A stretch of DNA of 64,000 nt, from NCBI GenBank assembly GCA_038065955.1, contig JBBTPY010000003.1:39624-103623 (forward strand), given 5' to 3'. Source of the DNA: Patescibacteria group bacterium. GTDB lineage: Bacteria; Patescibacteriota; Minisyncoccia; UBA6257; UBA9933. This document shows positions 19,496 to 29,249 of this stretch, piece after piece. The notes under the pieces were generated by a model. It worked only from the letters and a program-made list of their open reading frames with translations, was not told the DNA's origin and searched no databases. The position numbers and the translations under genes are program-made. The stretch's first letter is position 1, and every line of letters starts with the position of its first letter.

Positions 19496-20506
19496 ATGAA
19501 ATTATCAATCGGCATCGTGGGTTTGCCCAATGTTGGCAAATCAATGCTTTTTAAAATTTTAACCAAACAGGATATCAATATCGCCAATTATCCCTTCGCC
19601 ACTATTGACCCGAATGTCGGGATTGTTTCTGTTCCGGACGAACGGTTGGACAAACTGACGAAATTAAGCGCTTCAAAAAAAATCGTTTCGGCCATCGTGG
19701 AATTTTACGACATCGCCGGCTTGGTCAAGGGCGCGAACAAGGGCGAAGGTTTGGGAAATAAGTTTTTGTCGCACATCCGCGAAACAAATGCCATTGTCCA
19801 TATTGTCCGCTGTTTTAAAGACCCCGAAATTATCCATGTGGAAACGGAAGTCAATCCGTTGAGAGATTTGGAAATTATCAATACGGAGCTGATTTTGAAA
19901 GATTTGGAAACGGTTGAAAAGCGGCTTGTTAGTATAGAAAAAGAAGCCAGAGGAGACAAGAAAAAAATAAAGGATTTGGAAATTCTTAAAAAAGTTCGGG
20001 AGAATTTAAGCAACGGTATTTTGGTTTTTAACTGCGGCGAGGAAATCGCCAATGAGTCTGTGATAAAAGAATTAAATCTTTTAACCGCTAAACCGCAAAT
20101 TTATCTTTTAAATGGCGAGTCCAGAGACGTAAGCGAAGAATTGAAAAACAAGATAAAATTTTTGAATGCAGATTATTTAATCATTAATCTCTCGGCGGTC
20201 GACGCCGCTGTCATCGGAGAGTTGATAAAAAAATCTTACGAAATTTTGGGATTAATCAGTTTTTTCACGACCGGCGAAGACGAAACAAAAGCGTGGACGA
20301 TTAAAAATGGCGCCAAAGCGCCGCAAGCAGCCGGCGAGATTCATACCGATTTTGAAAAGAAATTCATCAAAGCAGAAGTTATTAATTGGCAAAAATTAAT
20401 TGAAGCCGGTTTTTGGGCAAGCGCCAAACAAAAAGGTTTGGTTCGTTTAGAGGGTAAAGAATATATTGTCCAAGACGGCGATGTAATGATTATTAAACAT
20501 GGTTAA
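19496..20506 (+). CDS. ychF: ribosome-binding ATPase YchF (Obg-family GTPase)
   Basis: G1 motif GIVGLPNVGKS; TGS C-terminal domain. Confidence 0.9.
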   Translation: MKLSIGIVGLPNVGKSMLFKILTKQDINIANYPFATIDPNVGIVSVPDERLDKLTKLSASKKIVSAIVEFYDIAGLVKGANKGEGLGNKFLSHIRETNAIVHIVRCFKDPEIIHVETEVNPLRDLEIINTELILKDLETVEKRLVSIEKEARGDKKKIKDLEILKKVRENLSNGILVFNCGEEIANESVIKELNLLTAKPQIYLLNGESRDVSEELKNKIKFLNADYLIINLSAVDAAVIGELIKKSYEILGLISFFTTGEDETKAWTIKNGAKAPQAAGEIHTDFEKKFIKAEVINWQKLIEAGFWASAKQKGLVRLEGKEYIVQDGDVMIIKHG

Positions 20507-21911
20507 AAAAACAAAAATTGTTGCCACCATCGGGCCGGTGACGGAAAATAAAAAAACGATAGAAAAAATGATTGAAGCCGGAACAAATGTTTTTCGGTTG
20601 AATTTCAGTCACGGCAATTACGAAGAACATTTAAACAGAATAAAACTGGTAAGGGCGGCGGCCAAGAAATTTGAAAAACCGACGGCGATTTTACAGGACC
20701 TTTGCGGGCCGAAAATAAGAATAGGGGATTTTTATAAAGAAAGCGTCGTTTTGAAAAACGGCCAGACGTTTATTTTAACGACGAAAAAATGCGTTGGCGA
20801 TGAAGGGCGGGCTTTTATTAATTACAAAAATTTGCCGAAAGAAATTGAAAAAGGAGCTAAAATAATGCTCAATGACGGAAAGAACGAATTGGTCGTTGAA
20901 AAAATTGCGGGCGATGAAATTTTTTGCCGTGTTCTTGTCGGCGGAGAAATAAAAGGGAGAAGGGGCGCGAATTTTCCGGGAACTTCCTTAAAAATCAACT
21001 CGCTGACTTCTAAAGACAAAAAAGACATTAAATTCGGCGTTAAATATAAAGTTGATTTTATGGCGATTTCGTTCGTGCGGACGGCGGACGACGTTTTGGA
21101 ATTGAAAGACATATTAAAACGGGCGAAAGCGAACATAAAAATAATCGCGAAAATTGAAACGCAGGAAGCGATTGAAAATATTGACGAAATTATCGCGGCG
21201 GCCGACGGAATTTTGGTGGCGCGCGGCGATTTGGCGGTTGAAGGCCCTCTGGAACACGTGCCGACGCTTCAAAAAATGATTATTAAAAAATCAAACGCCG
21301 CGGGTAAACCGGTGATTACCGCCACCCAGATGCTTGAATCAATGATTAAAAATCCATTGCCGACGAGAGCCGAAGTCAACGACGTGGCTAACGCCATCAT
21401 TGACGGCACGGATGCCGTAATGCTTTCGGAAGAAACGACGCTCGGCGCTTATCCGGTGAAAGCGGTTGAAGTGATGAGCCGCATTGCCCGCCATACGGAA
21501 GAAAAATTGGATTATGAGGAAATTTTGAAACATAACCATCTTTTACCGAAATCAATAAGCGATTCAATAAGTTTCGCCATCGTTAACACCGCCCATAATA
21601 TCGACGCCAAAGGAATCGTGGCGCTGACGGAAACCGGTTTTACCGCCCGCGTTATTTCCCGTTATCGGCCCAAACAGCCAATTTTGGTTTTGACGCCGAA
21701 CGCCAAAACGTTTAATCAGCTGGCCGTCAGTTTCGGCTGTAATCCGTGGATGGTGAAAAAATTCAACAATGTTTCCGAAGTGATTGAGATGGCGAAAAAA
21801 ATGTCGGTGAAGCATAAAATCGCCGAGAAAGGAGATAAAATCGTCATCGCCGCCGGCATTCCTTTTGGTAAAGCCGGCGCCACGAATTTATTGATTGTTC
21901 AAGTAGTGTAA
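20499..21911 (+). CDS. pyk: pyruvate kinase
   Basis: 470 aa; PK barrel motifs (KIVATIGP, MVARGDLAVE). Confidence 0.9.
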   Translation: MVKKTKIVATIGPVTENKKTIEKMIEAGTNVFRLNFSHGNYEEHLNRIKLVRAAAKKFEKPTAILQDLCGPKIRIGDFYKESVVLKNGQTFILTTKKCVGDEGRAFINYKNLPKEIEKGAKIMLNDGKNELVVEKIAGDEIFCRVLVGGEIKGRRGANFPGTSLKINSLTSKDKKDIKFGVKYKVDFMAISFVRTADDVLELKDILKRAKANIKIIAKIETQEAIENIDEIIAAADGILVARGDLAVEGPLEHVPTLQKMIIKKSNAAGKPVITATQMLESMIKNPLPTRAEVNDVANAIIDGTDAVMLSEETTLGAYPVKAVEVMSRIARHTEEKLDYEEILKHNHLLPKSISDSISFAIVNTAHNIDAKGIVALTETGFTARVISRYRPKQPILVLTPNAKTFNQLAVSFGCNPWMVKKFNNVSEVIEMAKKMSVKHKIAEKGDKIVIAAGIPFGKAGATNLLIVQVV

Positions 21912-21916
21912 ACGGA

Positions 21917-23425
21917 TTATTTTATAATTACTGTATAACCGTTTTCCGGAATTTGGTTTTTCTGTTCCGGTAAGACGTAATAAATATTTTTCTCTTTTTG
22001 TTTTTCCGGCGTGAATGTGTCAGTGATAAACATCACGGTTTGCGCCGGCATCGGAATGCCTCTCACTAAAACGCCGCCGGTTTCAACAACCACGTATTTC
22101 GGCAATTCTTTCGGCAGAGCGTTCAGTTCGCGGCCGATATCAACGTAATTTTGATTAAAAGCTCCGGCAGTGTGTTCGCCTTTGCCCCACTTAATGAAAT
22201 AAGTATGATAGGCTTCAAATATTAAAAATGTTAAAAATATCGCCGCTGAAACGTTTAAAATTATTAATTTTATCTTGCTATCATTGATAATAGCAAGATT
22301 TTTTATTAAATTATAAATCCAGACGCCGCCGAATCCCGCCAAAATGAATATTGCCGGAGCCATTAAGATGGCGCGCAAGGCGTGTGGCAGGCCTTCATTG
22401 GAAACAACAACGGGTAAAGCGGCCGCTGAAAGCCATGCGAATAAAATTCCGAAAAGTTTTTTCTCGTTGGAATTATTTGTAAAAAATTTAATAATACCCA
22501 AAATGATTCCTGTTAAAAATAATATGCCGACCGGCAATAAAAGTTCCGGCTTGCTCGCGTAATTGTGCCGCCAATTATAATCGCCGCTAAAATTAAACAT
22601 ACCAGCGGTTTTTATAATATTAAGAGTTAAATCTTTAAGAGGAGCAGGGGAGCTGAAAATTGAAACTTGTGCGGTACGTCCCATAAAATCTTTAGGATTT
22701 TCAATGAAATAATAGCTAAGCGGAGCAAAGGCAATTAAAAAAATCGCCGCGGCCCAGATGAAAATTTTAACAAGCGATTTTCGTCGTGATGGATTTTTAA
22801 ACCAATCAATCGCAAAGATAATTAAAATTAAAATCGGTAATCCGCGGAAAGCGATATAAGAATGAAATCCCAGGCCGAAAAATAAACCGGCCAGCATTCC
22901 GGAGCCGAGGGAATAATTTTTATTTAAGGCTCTGAAAAGAAAATAAAGAGCGAATGTTATGAAAAAAGGCGCCATAATTGCCCGAAAACCGATGCGCGAA
23001 AAATTAATGTGCCAAAAACTCACGGCAAGAAAAAAACTGCTCAATAAGGCAATTTTAATTTTCGTATTTTCATATAATTTCGTAATTTCGTAAGAGAATA
23101 ATTCTTTAGTTAAAAGATATATGCTCAAGACCGTTAAAATTCCGAAAATCGCGCTTACTCCGCGGAGCGCCCATGGTTCATTGCCGAAAATATAAATAGA
23201 AAGCGCCTGAATATTTATAAACAGGCCTTCTCGGCCGTTGTTCTCCGGATAGAACCATTTAAAATGCCCGTCTGGCGATAAAGCTTCCAGCGCGTTATTG
23301 CCGTTCATGGCTTCGTCCGGATAAAGTCCTGGCGGCAATTCGGCAATATTGTAGAGTCTTAAAAAAGAGGCTATTATTATAATAATAGTTAGTAGTAGGT
23401 ATTTAACGATCAGTATTTTATTCAT
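21917..23425 (-). CDS. GT-C family membrane glycosyltransferase (GT39/ArnT-like)
   Basis: 502 aa polytopic protein; DE motif (YPDEAMN) in the first periplasmic loop. Confidence 0.75.
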   Translation of the reverse strand: MNKILIVKYLLLTIIIIIASFLRLYNIAELPPGLYPDEAMNGNNALEALSPDGHFKWFYPENNGREGLFINIQALSIYIFGNEPWALRGVSAIFGILTVLSIYLLTKELFSYEITKLYENTKIKIALLSSFFLAVSFWHINFSRIGFRAIMAPFFITFALYFLFRALNKNYSLGSGMLAGLFFGLGFHSYIAFRGLPILILIIFAIDWFKNPSRRKSLVKIFIWAAAIFLIAFAPLSYYFIENPKDFMGRTAQVSIFSSPAPLKDLTLNIIKTAGMFNFSGDYNWRHNYASKPELLLPVGILFLTGIILGIIKFFTNNSNEKKLFGILFAWLSAAALPVVVSNEGLPHALRAILMAPAIFILAGFGGVWIYNLIKNLAIINDSKIKLIILNVSAAIFLTFLIFEAYHTYFIKWGKGEHTAGAFNQNYVDIGRELNALPKELPKYVVVETGGVLVRGIPMPAQTVMFITDTFTPEKQKEKNIYYVLPEQKNQIPENGYTVIIK

Positions 23426-23444
23426 ATAAATTTATTTTAGCATT

Positions 23445-23870
23445 ATGGAAATAAATCCACAAAATTTTGAACACAGCGCTTTGGAAGCGGATATTGAACG
23501 TTTAAGCAGAGAAATCGCCGAGAAAAAAAATTTACTTGAACATAGAAATTTGTCCGCCAAAGAACTAGTGAAAGAATCGCTTGAGCCGATGTTTAGGCAA
23601 AATATCGGACAGCCGAATGTCGGACAGCCGGTTCAGTCCGTTGTAGTTAATCAACAAACATCTCAAAGCCGGATTTTGCCGGATTATCTTCAGAATGTTT
23701 CGTCTGAAATTAAACTTCGCGTGGAAGAATTAGTTGATTCGCTTTTTCATCAGGGGATTGAAAAAGTTATAAGCCGCGCCCGGCGCGCCAGCCCGTTTAT
23801 TTTGGACGCTTTTCACGACGCTTTGACCGACAAGCTTCACGAAGAACTAAAAAAAAGAAAATTGATATAA
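23445..23870 (+). CDS. hypothetical protein
   Basis: 141-aa ORF immediately upstream of the ATPase and probably co-transcribed with it. Confidence 0.45.
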   Translation: MEINPQNFEHSALEADIERLSREIAEKKNLLEHRNLSAKELVKESLEPMFRQNIGQPNVGQPVQSVVVNQQTSQSRILPDYLQNVSSEIKLRVEELVDSLFHQGIEKVISRARRASPFILDAFHDALTDKLHEELKKRKLI

Positions 23871-26255
23871 ATGGAATTTTATTTAATTTTATCAATACCG
23901 CTTACTATTGCCGTCGCCGGCGTTATTTCTTTTTTTATTTTAAAAATTGCGCGCCGCCGGCGCTTGTCAGACGCTCTTAATTTGAAACTTCTTTTAATCC
24001 GTTTGCCGCAAAAAAGCCAAAAAGATTTTTCCGCCGAAGGCGGACCAGCCTCTGACTGGAAAGACGAACTTAATCTTTCGGCTCAATTGTTTGGAATTTT
24101 AGCAAGTTTGAAATCGCCGTTCGGATTTGAAGCCGGAGTTCATCATATTGGCGAAGAAATTCATTTTTACGCGGCCGTGCCGAGAGAATCAATTGAATTT
24201 GTCTGTCGGCAAATAGAAGGTTTATGGAAAGAAGCGCAAGTGGAGCCGGTTGACGATTATAATATCTTTAATCCGGCCGGCAATTCGTCCGGAATTTATT
24301 TGAGGCAAAAATTTTCTTACGCTTTGCCGATAAGGACTTACGCCGAGGCTAACATTGACACTTTCAGCCCTATTTTAAGCGGGCTTTCAAAAATAAGCGA
24401 GGCCGGCGAAGGCGCGGCGATTCAGATATTAGTCAGGCCGGCGCCGGCATCGGCAAAAAAATCCGTTGTGCAAATAATTGAAAATTTAAAAAAAGGCGGC
24501 AAATTGGAAAATGTTTTGAAAGGCGGCGATTTTAAAATCAACTTAAAAGACATTCAAAAAGCCATAAATCCGGAAAAAGAAGAAGAAAAAAAGGAAAAAA
24601 TAATTGACGAGGAAGCGATTAAAGCTTTGGAATCAAAAATTTCCAAGCCGTTATTATCGGCGAATGTCAGGGTTTTCGTTTCGGCTCAGAATCAGCTTCA
24701 GGCGGACGCGATTTTAGAAAGCATTGCCGGCGGTTTTTCGCAGTTTGGCGCGCCGAAAAGGCAGGAATTAAAAATTATCAAGCCGCGCGATATTAAAAAA
24801 CTCGTTTATCAATTTTCTTTTCGCGAGTTTGACGATAATCAGGCGATAATTTTAAACACCGAGGAATTGGCTTCAATATTTCATTTGCCGGCTTTTTCCA
24901 GCGACGTGCCGAAAATAAACTGGCTTAAATCCAAAGAAGCGGCCGCGCCGACCAATTTGCCGAAATCCGGCACGCTTATCGGCAAAACTTCTTTTCGCGG
25001 CCAGAGCCAGCCGGTTTATATTGCCGAAGACGACCGGCGCCGCCATATTTACATTATCGGCCAGACCGGCACCGGCAAAACGACATTAATCGCCAATATG
25101 GCGGTTGAAGACATCAGAAACGGCAAGGGAGTTTCCATTATTGACCCGCACGGCGAATTAATTGAAAAAATATTAGGGCAAATACCAAAAGAACGGATTG
25201 ACGATGTGATTGTTTTTGACCCGGGAGATTTATTAAGGCCGCTTGGGATGAATATGTTGGAGTATGATATTGATAAGCCGGAACAGAAAACTTTTATCGT
25301 TAACGAATTGTTTAATATTCTGGATAAACTTTACGATATGAAGACCGTCGGCGGGCCGATGTTTGAACAATATATGAAAAACGCCATATTGCTTTTAATG
25401 GAAGATATGGCGAATGAGCCCGCGACTTTAATGGAATTACAGAAATTGTTCACGGACAATGATTACCGTAATCGCAAACTTGCCAGAATTAAGAATCCGG
25501 TGGTGATTGATTTTTGGGAAAAAGAAGCGGCCAAAGCCACCGGTGATTGGTCGTTGGCCAATATGGGCCTGTATGTTAATTCAAAATTTAACAATTTCAC
25601 CGCCAATGATTATATGCGGCCGATTATCGGCCAGCCAAAATCCGCTTTTAATTTTCGCCAAGCGATGGATGAGGGAAAAATTTTATTGATTAATTTATCC
25701 AAAGGCAAAATAGGGGACTTAAACGCCAATCTGTTGGGCCTGGTGATTGTCGGGAAAATTTTAATGGCCGCGTTGAGCCGCGTTGATATCATTGATGAAT
25801 ATCGGCGCCGCGATTTCTATCTTTATATCGACGAGTTTCAGAATTTCGCCACGGATTCAATTTCAACTATTTTGTCGGAAGCGAGAAAATATCGCTTGAA
25901 TTTAACTATGGCGCATCAGTTTATCGCCCAATTGACGGAAAAAATCAGAGACGCGGTTTTCGGAAACGTCGGCGCGATTATTTCTTTAAGAGTCGGCGCG
26001 ACGGACGCCGAGTTTTTGGTCAAACAATTTGAACCGGTTTTTAATGAAAATGATTTGATTAATATAGACAATTTTAACGCTTACGCGAAAATTTTGATAA
26101 ACGGTCAGACGGCTAAGCCGTTTAACATAAAAATTATTCCGCCCGAACGAAGCGGCGGGGAATTAGCCGTTCAAATAAAAGAAATTTCCCGCCTTAAATA
26201 CGGCCGCGACCGGCAGGAAGTAGAAGAAGAAATTTTGAAAAGGTTGCGCCAATAG
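23871..26255 (+). CDS. membrane-anchored T4SS coupling-protein-like ATPase (VirD4/TraD/DUF87 HerA-FtsK superfamily)
   Basis: N-terminal TM; Walker A (IIGQTGTGKTT); Walker B (LYIDEFQNF); 794 aa. Confidence 0.7.
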   Translation: MEFYLILSIPLTIAVAGVISFFILKIARRRRLSDALNLKLLLIRLPQKSQKDFSAEGGPASDWKDELNLSAQLFGILASLKSPFGFEAGVHHIGEEIHFYAAVPRESIEFVCRQIEGLWKEAQVEPVDDYNIFNPAGNSSGIYLRQKFSYALPIRTYAEANIDTFSPILSGLSKISEAGEGAAIQILVRPAPASAKKSVVQIIENLKKGGKLENVLKGGDFKINLKDIQKAINPEKEEEKKEKIIDEEAIKALESKISKPLLSANVRVFVSAQNQLQADAILESIAGGFSQFGAPKRQELKIIKPRDIKKLVYQFSFREFDDNQAIILNTEELASIFHLPAFSSDVPKINWLKSKEAAAPTNLPKSGTLIGKTSFRGQSQPVYIAEDDRRRHIYIIGQTGTGKTTLIANMAVEDIRNGKGVSIIDPHGELIEKILGQIPKERIDDVIVFDPGDLLRPLGMNMLEYDIDKPEQKTFIVNELFNILDKLYDMKTVGGPMFEQYMKNAILLLMEDMANEPATLMELQKLFTDNDYRNRKLARIKNPVVIDFWEKEAAKATGDWSLANMGLYVNSKFNNFTANDYMRPIIGQPKSAFNFRQAMDEGKILLINLSKGKIGDLNANLLGLVIVGKILMAALSRVDIIDEYRRRDFYLYIDEFQNFATDSISTILSEARKYRLNLTMAHQFIAQLTEKIRDAVFGNVGAIISLRVGATDAEFLVKQFEPVFNENDLINIDNFNAYAKILINGQTAKPFNIKIIPPERSGGELAVQIKEISRLKYGRDRQEVEEEILKRLRQ

Positions 26256-26289
26256 CGTTTTCTCATTATTATAATGAAGCCGTTAAAAA

Positions 26290-26365
26290 GCCACCTTAGC
26301 TCAGTTGGCAGAGCAGTGCTTTCGTAAAGCAAAGGTCCCGAGTTCGAATCTCGGAGGTGGCTCCA
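26290..26365 (+). tRNA. tRNA-Thr (anticodon CGT), CCA encoded
   Basis: cloverleaf folded by hand: acceptor GCCACCT/AGGTGGC; D arm GCTC..GAGC; anticodon loop TTCGTAA; T arm CCGAG-TTCGAAT-CTCGG; 76 nt. Confidence 0.85.
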
Positions 26366-26399
26366 GTTTTGTATAAAAAGACACGGAAGACCCCAGAGC

Positions 26400-26424
26400 G
26401 TGGGACGCGCTTCGCGCGTCCCAC
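26400..26424 (+). terminator. GC-rich hairpin downstream of tRNA-Thr
   Basis: gtgggacgcgc-ttc-gcgcgtcccac; weak T-tract follows. Confidence 0.5.
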
Positions 26425-26459
26425 CAAAAAGTCGGTCTTTTGTCTGAAAGTCTGATTCT

Positions 26460-26514
26460 GGAGTGTCTTTACGACTTCGCTCGAACTTACTTTATCAAAA
26501 ATTCGTAATGATGG
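26460..26514. repeat. left inverted repeat of the island (reverse complement of 29120..29170, about 90% identity)
   Basis: ggagtgtctttacgacttcgctcgaacttactttatcaaaaattcgtaatgatgg compared with the reverse complement of catcacgaatttttgctaaagtaagttcgagcgaagtcgtaaagacactcc. Confidence 0.85.
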
Positions 26515-26568
26515 CTAATCGCACGCGCGGAGCGCGTGGTGAAGCGAAACTAAATCGTACGCTCCACA

Positions 26569-26753
26569 AAAGCCCCGCCACACTGCCTGAATACTTGGAA
26601 GGTTGAACCCAAAAAGAAAAATGTTCTTTCCATTTTAGAAAAATCCACCCCCGCGCAAAATCAGAAAAGCAAGGAGTGTTTTCTTTCGGGGTTGCCGAGT
26701 GGAGCGAGGCGGTGGCGGGGCTTTTGTTCATCACGAATTTTTGCTAAAGTAAG
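26569..26753 (+). repeat. about 185-bp direct repeat, copy A (upstream of the foreign ORF)
   Basis: near-identical to 28959..29144; its ends form a 13-bp stem aaagccccgccac / gtggcggggcttt. Confidence 0.85.
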
Positions 26754-26756
26754 GTC

Positions 26757-28682
26757 ATGGAAAAGCATCCGTTACATCTCAAAAATCCCGAATTGCAGAC
26801 CTCTCCCGAAGTAGAGCGGGCGGTTGAACATGAGGAGGAGATATCGGGTGAAAAAGTGCCTAACGACCCAGCCGAGCGCATTGAGGCCTATTTGAAGCGG
26901 CTCGAAAATCTGGTTCTTGATCCCAAGAAAGAGCAGAAAAGGAAAGATATGCGCGATGTAGAACATACTGGGCGTCCTCGCGCACTGTCACTTTTACGCG
27001 AGATGGTGCTAAACGAGTATGTTCGACCAAATAAAGAACAAATGGCGCAATGTGCCGCCCGCATAGAACAACGCGCCGCACGCCAAATGGGCATTCAGGC
27101 GGAATATAATGACGAAACACTTGAACAGCGAGGCGAGATTGCCGTCGGCGATCTCGAAAGCTCGCTTGACCAGTGGATTAACTACCTTTCCGATCCCAAT
27201 GAACCCTATCCGACATGGTTTCGATACTATGCGTTTAGAAATATCCTGAATCTGGGAGAATACGACAAAGATAAACATGAATTCCCAAAGCGGTCAAAAG
27301 GCACATTCAAGCTCTTTCCCGATATTGATCGTGGTGCCTTGGCCTATGTTGAGGAGATTATGACCGCAGCGCAGGACGATGCTGTTCTTGCTCGCGTGCG
27401 CGAATCTCAAAAAGAATTCGGTACCCCAGAAGCTGATATGTGGACACCACAAAAAGCGCGAGCCTTTGTGAGTATGTCTTTCGCAAAACAGTATGCGAAA
27501 GGTATCGAAGCCCAAGGCACAATTACTCCAGAACTCCGTGCGGAAACGCGAGGTGAATGGGCGCAGTATCGCCAAAACGACGACCCAAAAGAACTTTGGA
27601 AATCATTGCAGAATAAAGGCACTGCATGGTGTACGAGAGGATATCCCACAGCGAAAACACAACTTAAGGGCGGAGATTTTTATGTCTATTACACTCTCAA
27701 TGCAATAGGCAAGCCAACTATCCCGCGCATTGCCATTCGGATGGAAGGCCAAAACAAAATTGCCGAGCCGCCACGTGGCGTATTCGACTCACAACAAAAT
27801 CTCGAACCGAACATGATAGATATTCTTGATGAAAAACTGAAAGAATTTGGAGGAGAGGCGGACGCTTATCGCAAGAAGAGCGAGGATATGCGAATGCTCA
27901 CCGCCCTTGAGAAAAAAAGAGAAAATGAGGAACCGTTCACCAAAGACGATCTTATTTTGTTGTACGAAATCAACGGCACCATCGAAGGCTTCGGCTATCA
28001 GAAAGACCCGCGCATCGTTGAACTCCGACAAGGAAGAAATGCCGAGGAAGACATACTCGTCATCTTTGAATGCACGAGAGACGAGATTGCTCACGTGCCG
28101 AGCCAAATAAACGAAAATACAAAGGCCTATGTCGGCCAGCTTGAACCGGGCATATTTCAAAAACTGCCGGAAAATCTTGAGCATGTGTATACGTCATTTC
28201 CCGATAAGAAAATCCGCAGAGAAAATGTCGAGATAGGAGGCAAGTCCGCAGAGCAACTCATCTCCGAAATGGAAGCGGCCGGTATTAACATTTCCAACTA
28301 CGCAAAGTCGATGCTCAAGAATAGAGAGTTCGTGCCGGGTAAAAGTCCGGAGGAAGCCACTCTCATTCGTTTGACCGTCGCCGATCTTGGATTTAAGAGC
28401 AGTGCCACGACCGACCAAATTTATGAGCGTGCTCAAATCCTCGGTTTGGAACTGTGTCCGGCTGATACCGGTCCCAACTATCGTTTGAAGTATCGAAACC
28501 AACCCTTAAATGAATGGATTTATATGGGCATGAAGCAAATCACCGACTCTGACGGCAACCCGCACGTCTTCAAGCTGGCACGCCACGACGACGGTTTGTG
28601 GCTGCACGACCATTGGGCGCTACCCGACAACGAGTGGAATCCGGACAACAAGTTCGTGTTCCGTCTCCGCAAGCCTGCCTGA
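26757..28682 (+). CDS. hypothetical protein (compositionally foreign, about 50% GC)
   Basis: 641-aa ORF with no TM and no recognised motif; codon usage unlike the neighbouring genes; flanked by direct and inverted repeats. Confidence 0.6.
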   Translation: MEKHPLHLKNPELQTSPEVERAVEHEEEISGEKVPNDPAERIEAYLKRLENLVLDPKKEQKRKDMRDVEHTGRPRALSLLREMVLNEYVRPNKEQMAQCAARIEQRAARQMGIQAEYNDETLEQRGEIAVGDLESSLDQWINYLSDPNEPYPTWFRYYAFRNILNLGEYDKDKHEFPKRSKGTFKLFPDIDRGALAYVEEIMTAAQDDAVLARVRESQKEFGTPEADMWTPQKARAFVSMSFAKQYAKGIEAQGTITPELRAETRGEWAQYRQNDDPKELWKSLQNKGTAWCTRGYPTAKTQLKGGDFYVYYTLNAIGKPTIPRIAIRMEGQNKIAEPPRGVFDSQQNLEPNMIDILDEKLKEFGGEADAYRKKSEDMRMLTALEKKRENEEPFTKDDLILLYEINGTIEGFGYQKDPRIVELRQGRNAEEDILVIFECTRDEIAHVPSQINENTKAYVGQLEPGIFQKLPENLEHVYTSFPDKKIRRENVEIGGKSAEQLISEMEAAGINISNYAKSMLKNREFVPGKSPEEATLIRLTVADLGFKSSATTDQIYERAQILGLELCPADTGPNYRLKYRNQPLNEWIYMGMKQITDSDGNPHVFKLARHDDGLWLHDHWALPDNEWNPDNKFVFRLRKPA

Positions 28683-28958
28683 CGGTAGGCAGGTCTGAAT
28701 CTTAAATCTTTTGTTTCTTTATAATTCTTGACCCTTTGGCTCTTGGACTCTTTGATCCTTTGCATTCGCTTGCGGAGCAAGCTCGTAAAAATTTTTAGTT
28801 TGAGAATCTCTCTTAGACTCAAAATTTCCGCCGAAAAAATCCGAAACAGAAGCCCGCGCGGATTCCTCCCCAGACCCCTCCTCCGCGCGGGAAATTAGCA
28901 GAGGTTTTGCCAAATTCTTTTCTCCAGAAAATAGTTTTGGCAAAACCGAGTCCGCATT

Positions 28959-29144
28959 GAAGCCCCGCCACACTGCCCGAATACTTGGAAGGCAGAACCC
29001 CGAAAGAAAACACCCTTTCCTTTTTCAGAAAAAATCCACCCCCGCGCAAAATCAGAAAAGCAAGGAGTGTTTTCTTTCGGGGTTGCCGAGCGGAGCAAGG
29101 CGGTGGCGGGGCTTTCGTTCATCACGAATTTTTGCTAAAGTAAG
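28959..29144 (+). repeat. about 185-bp direct repeat, copy B (downstream of the foreign ORF)
   Basis: aligns to 26569..26753; identical 60-bp core aaaatccacccccgcgcaaaatcagaaaagcaaggagtgttttctttcggggttgccgag. Confidence 0.85.
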
Positions 29145-29170
29145 TTCGAGCGAAGTCGTAAAGACACTCC
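29120..29170. repeat. right inverted repeat of the island
   Basis: see the left IR; continuous with direct-repeat copy B. Confidence 0.85.
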
Positions 29171-29191
29171 AAAAAGAGCGGGGATAATAAG

Positions 29192-29236
29192 TTGACATTG
29201 TATGTTATGTACGCTATTATGTACATAAAGTATAAT
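29192..29236 (+). promoter_or_regulatory. sigma70-like promoter overlapping operator-like repeats, upstream of the TA operon
   Basis: -35 TTGACA (29192-29197), 17-nt spacer, -10 TATTAT (29215-29220); TTATGTAC direct repeats and the ATGTACAT palindrome overlap the -10. Confidence 0.5.
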
Positions 29237-29249
29237 GTAATTTAAATCT

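Noticed and set aside
26495-29125. Minus-strand ORFs 26495..26734 and 28895..29125, which share an MMN(K/E)SPATA...FARGWIF N-terminus
   Set aside because: The shared sequence is just the direct repeat read on the opposite strand, and the ORFs diverge as soon as the repeat ends. They are most likely not genes.
26569-29144. Diversity-generating retroelement (TR/VR pair) interpretation of the two 185-bp repeats
   Set aside because: The differences between the copies are not restricted to adenine positions of either copy (the mix is t/c, g/a and small indels). Neither copy lies at the 3' end of a target gene. No reverse transcriptase gene is present in the window.
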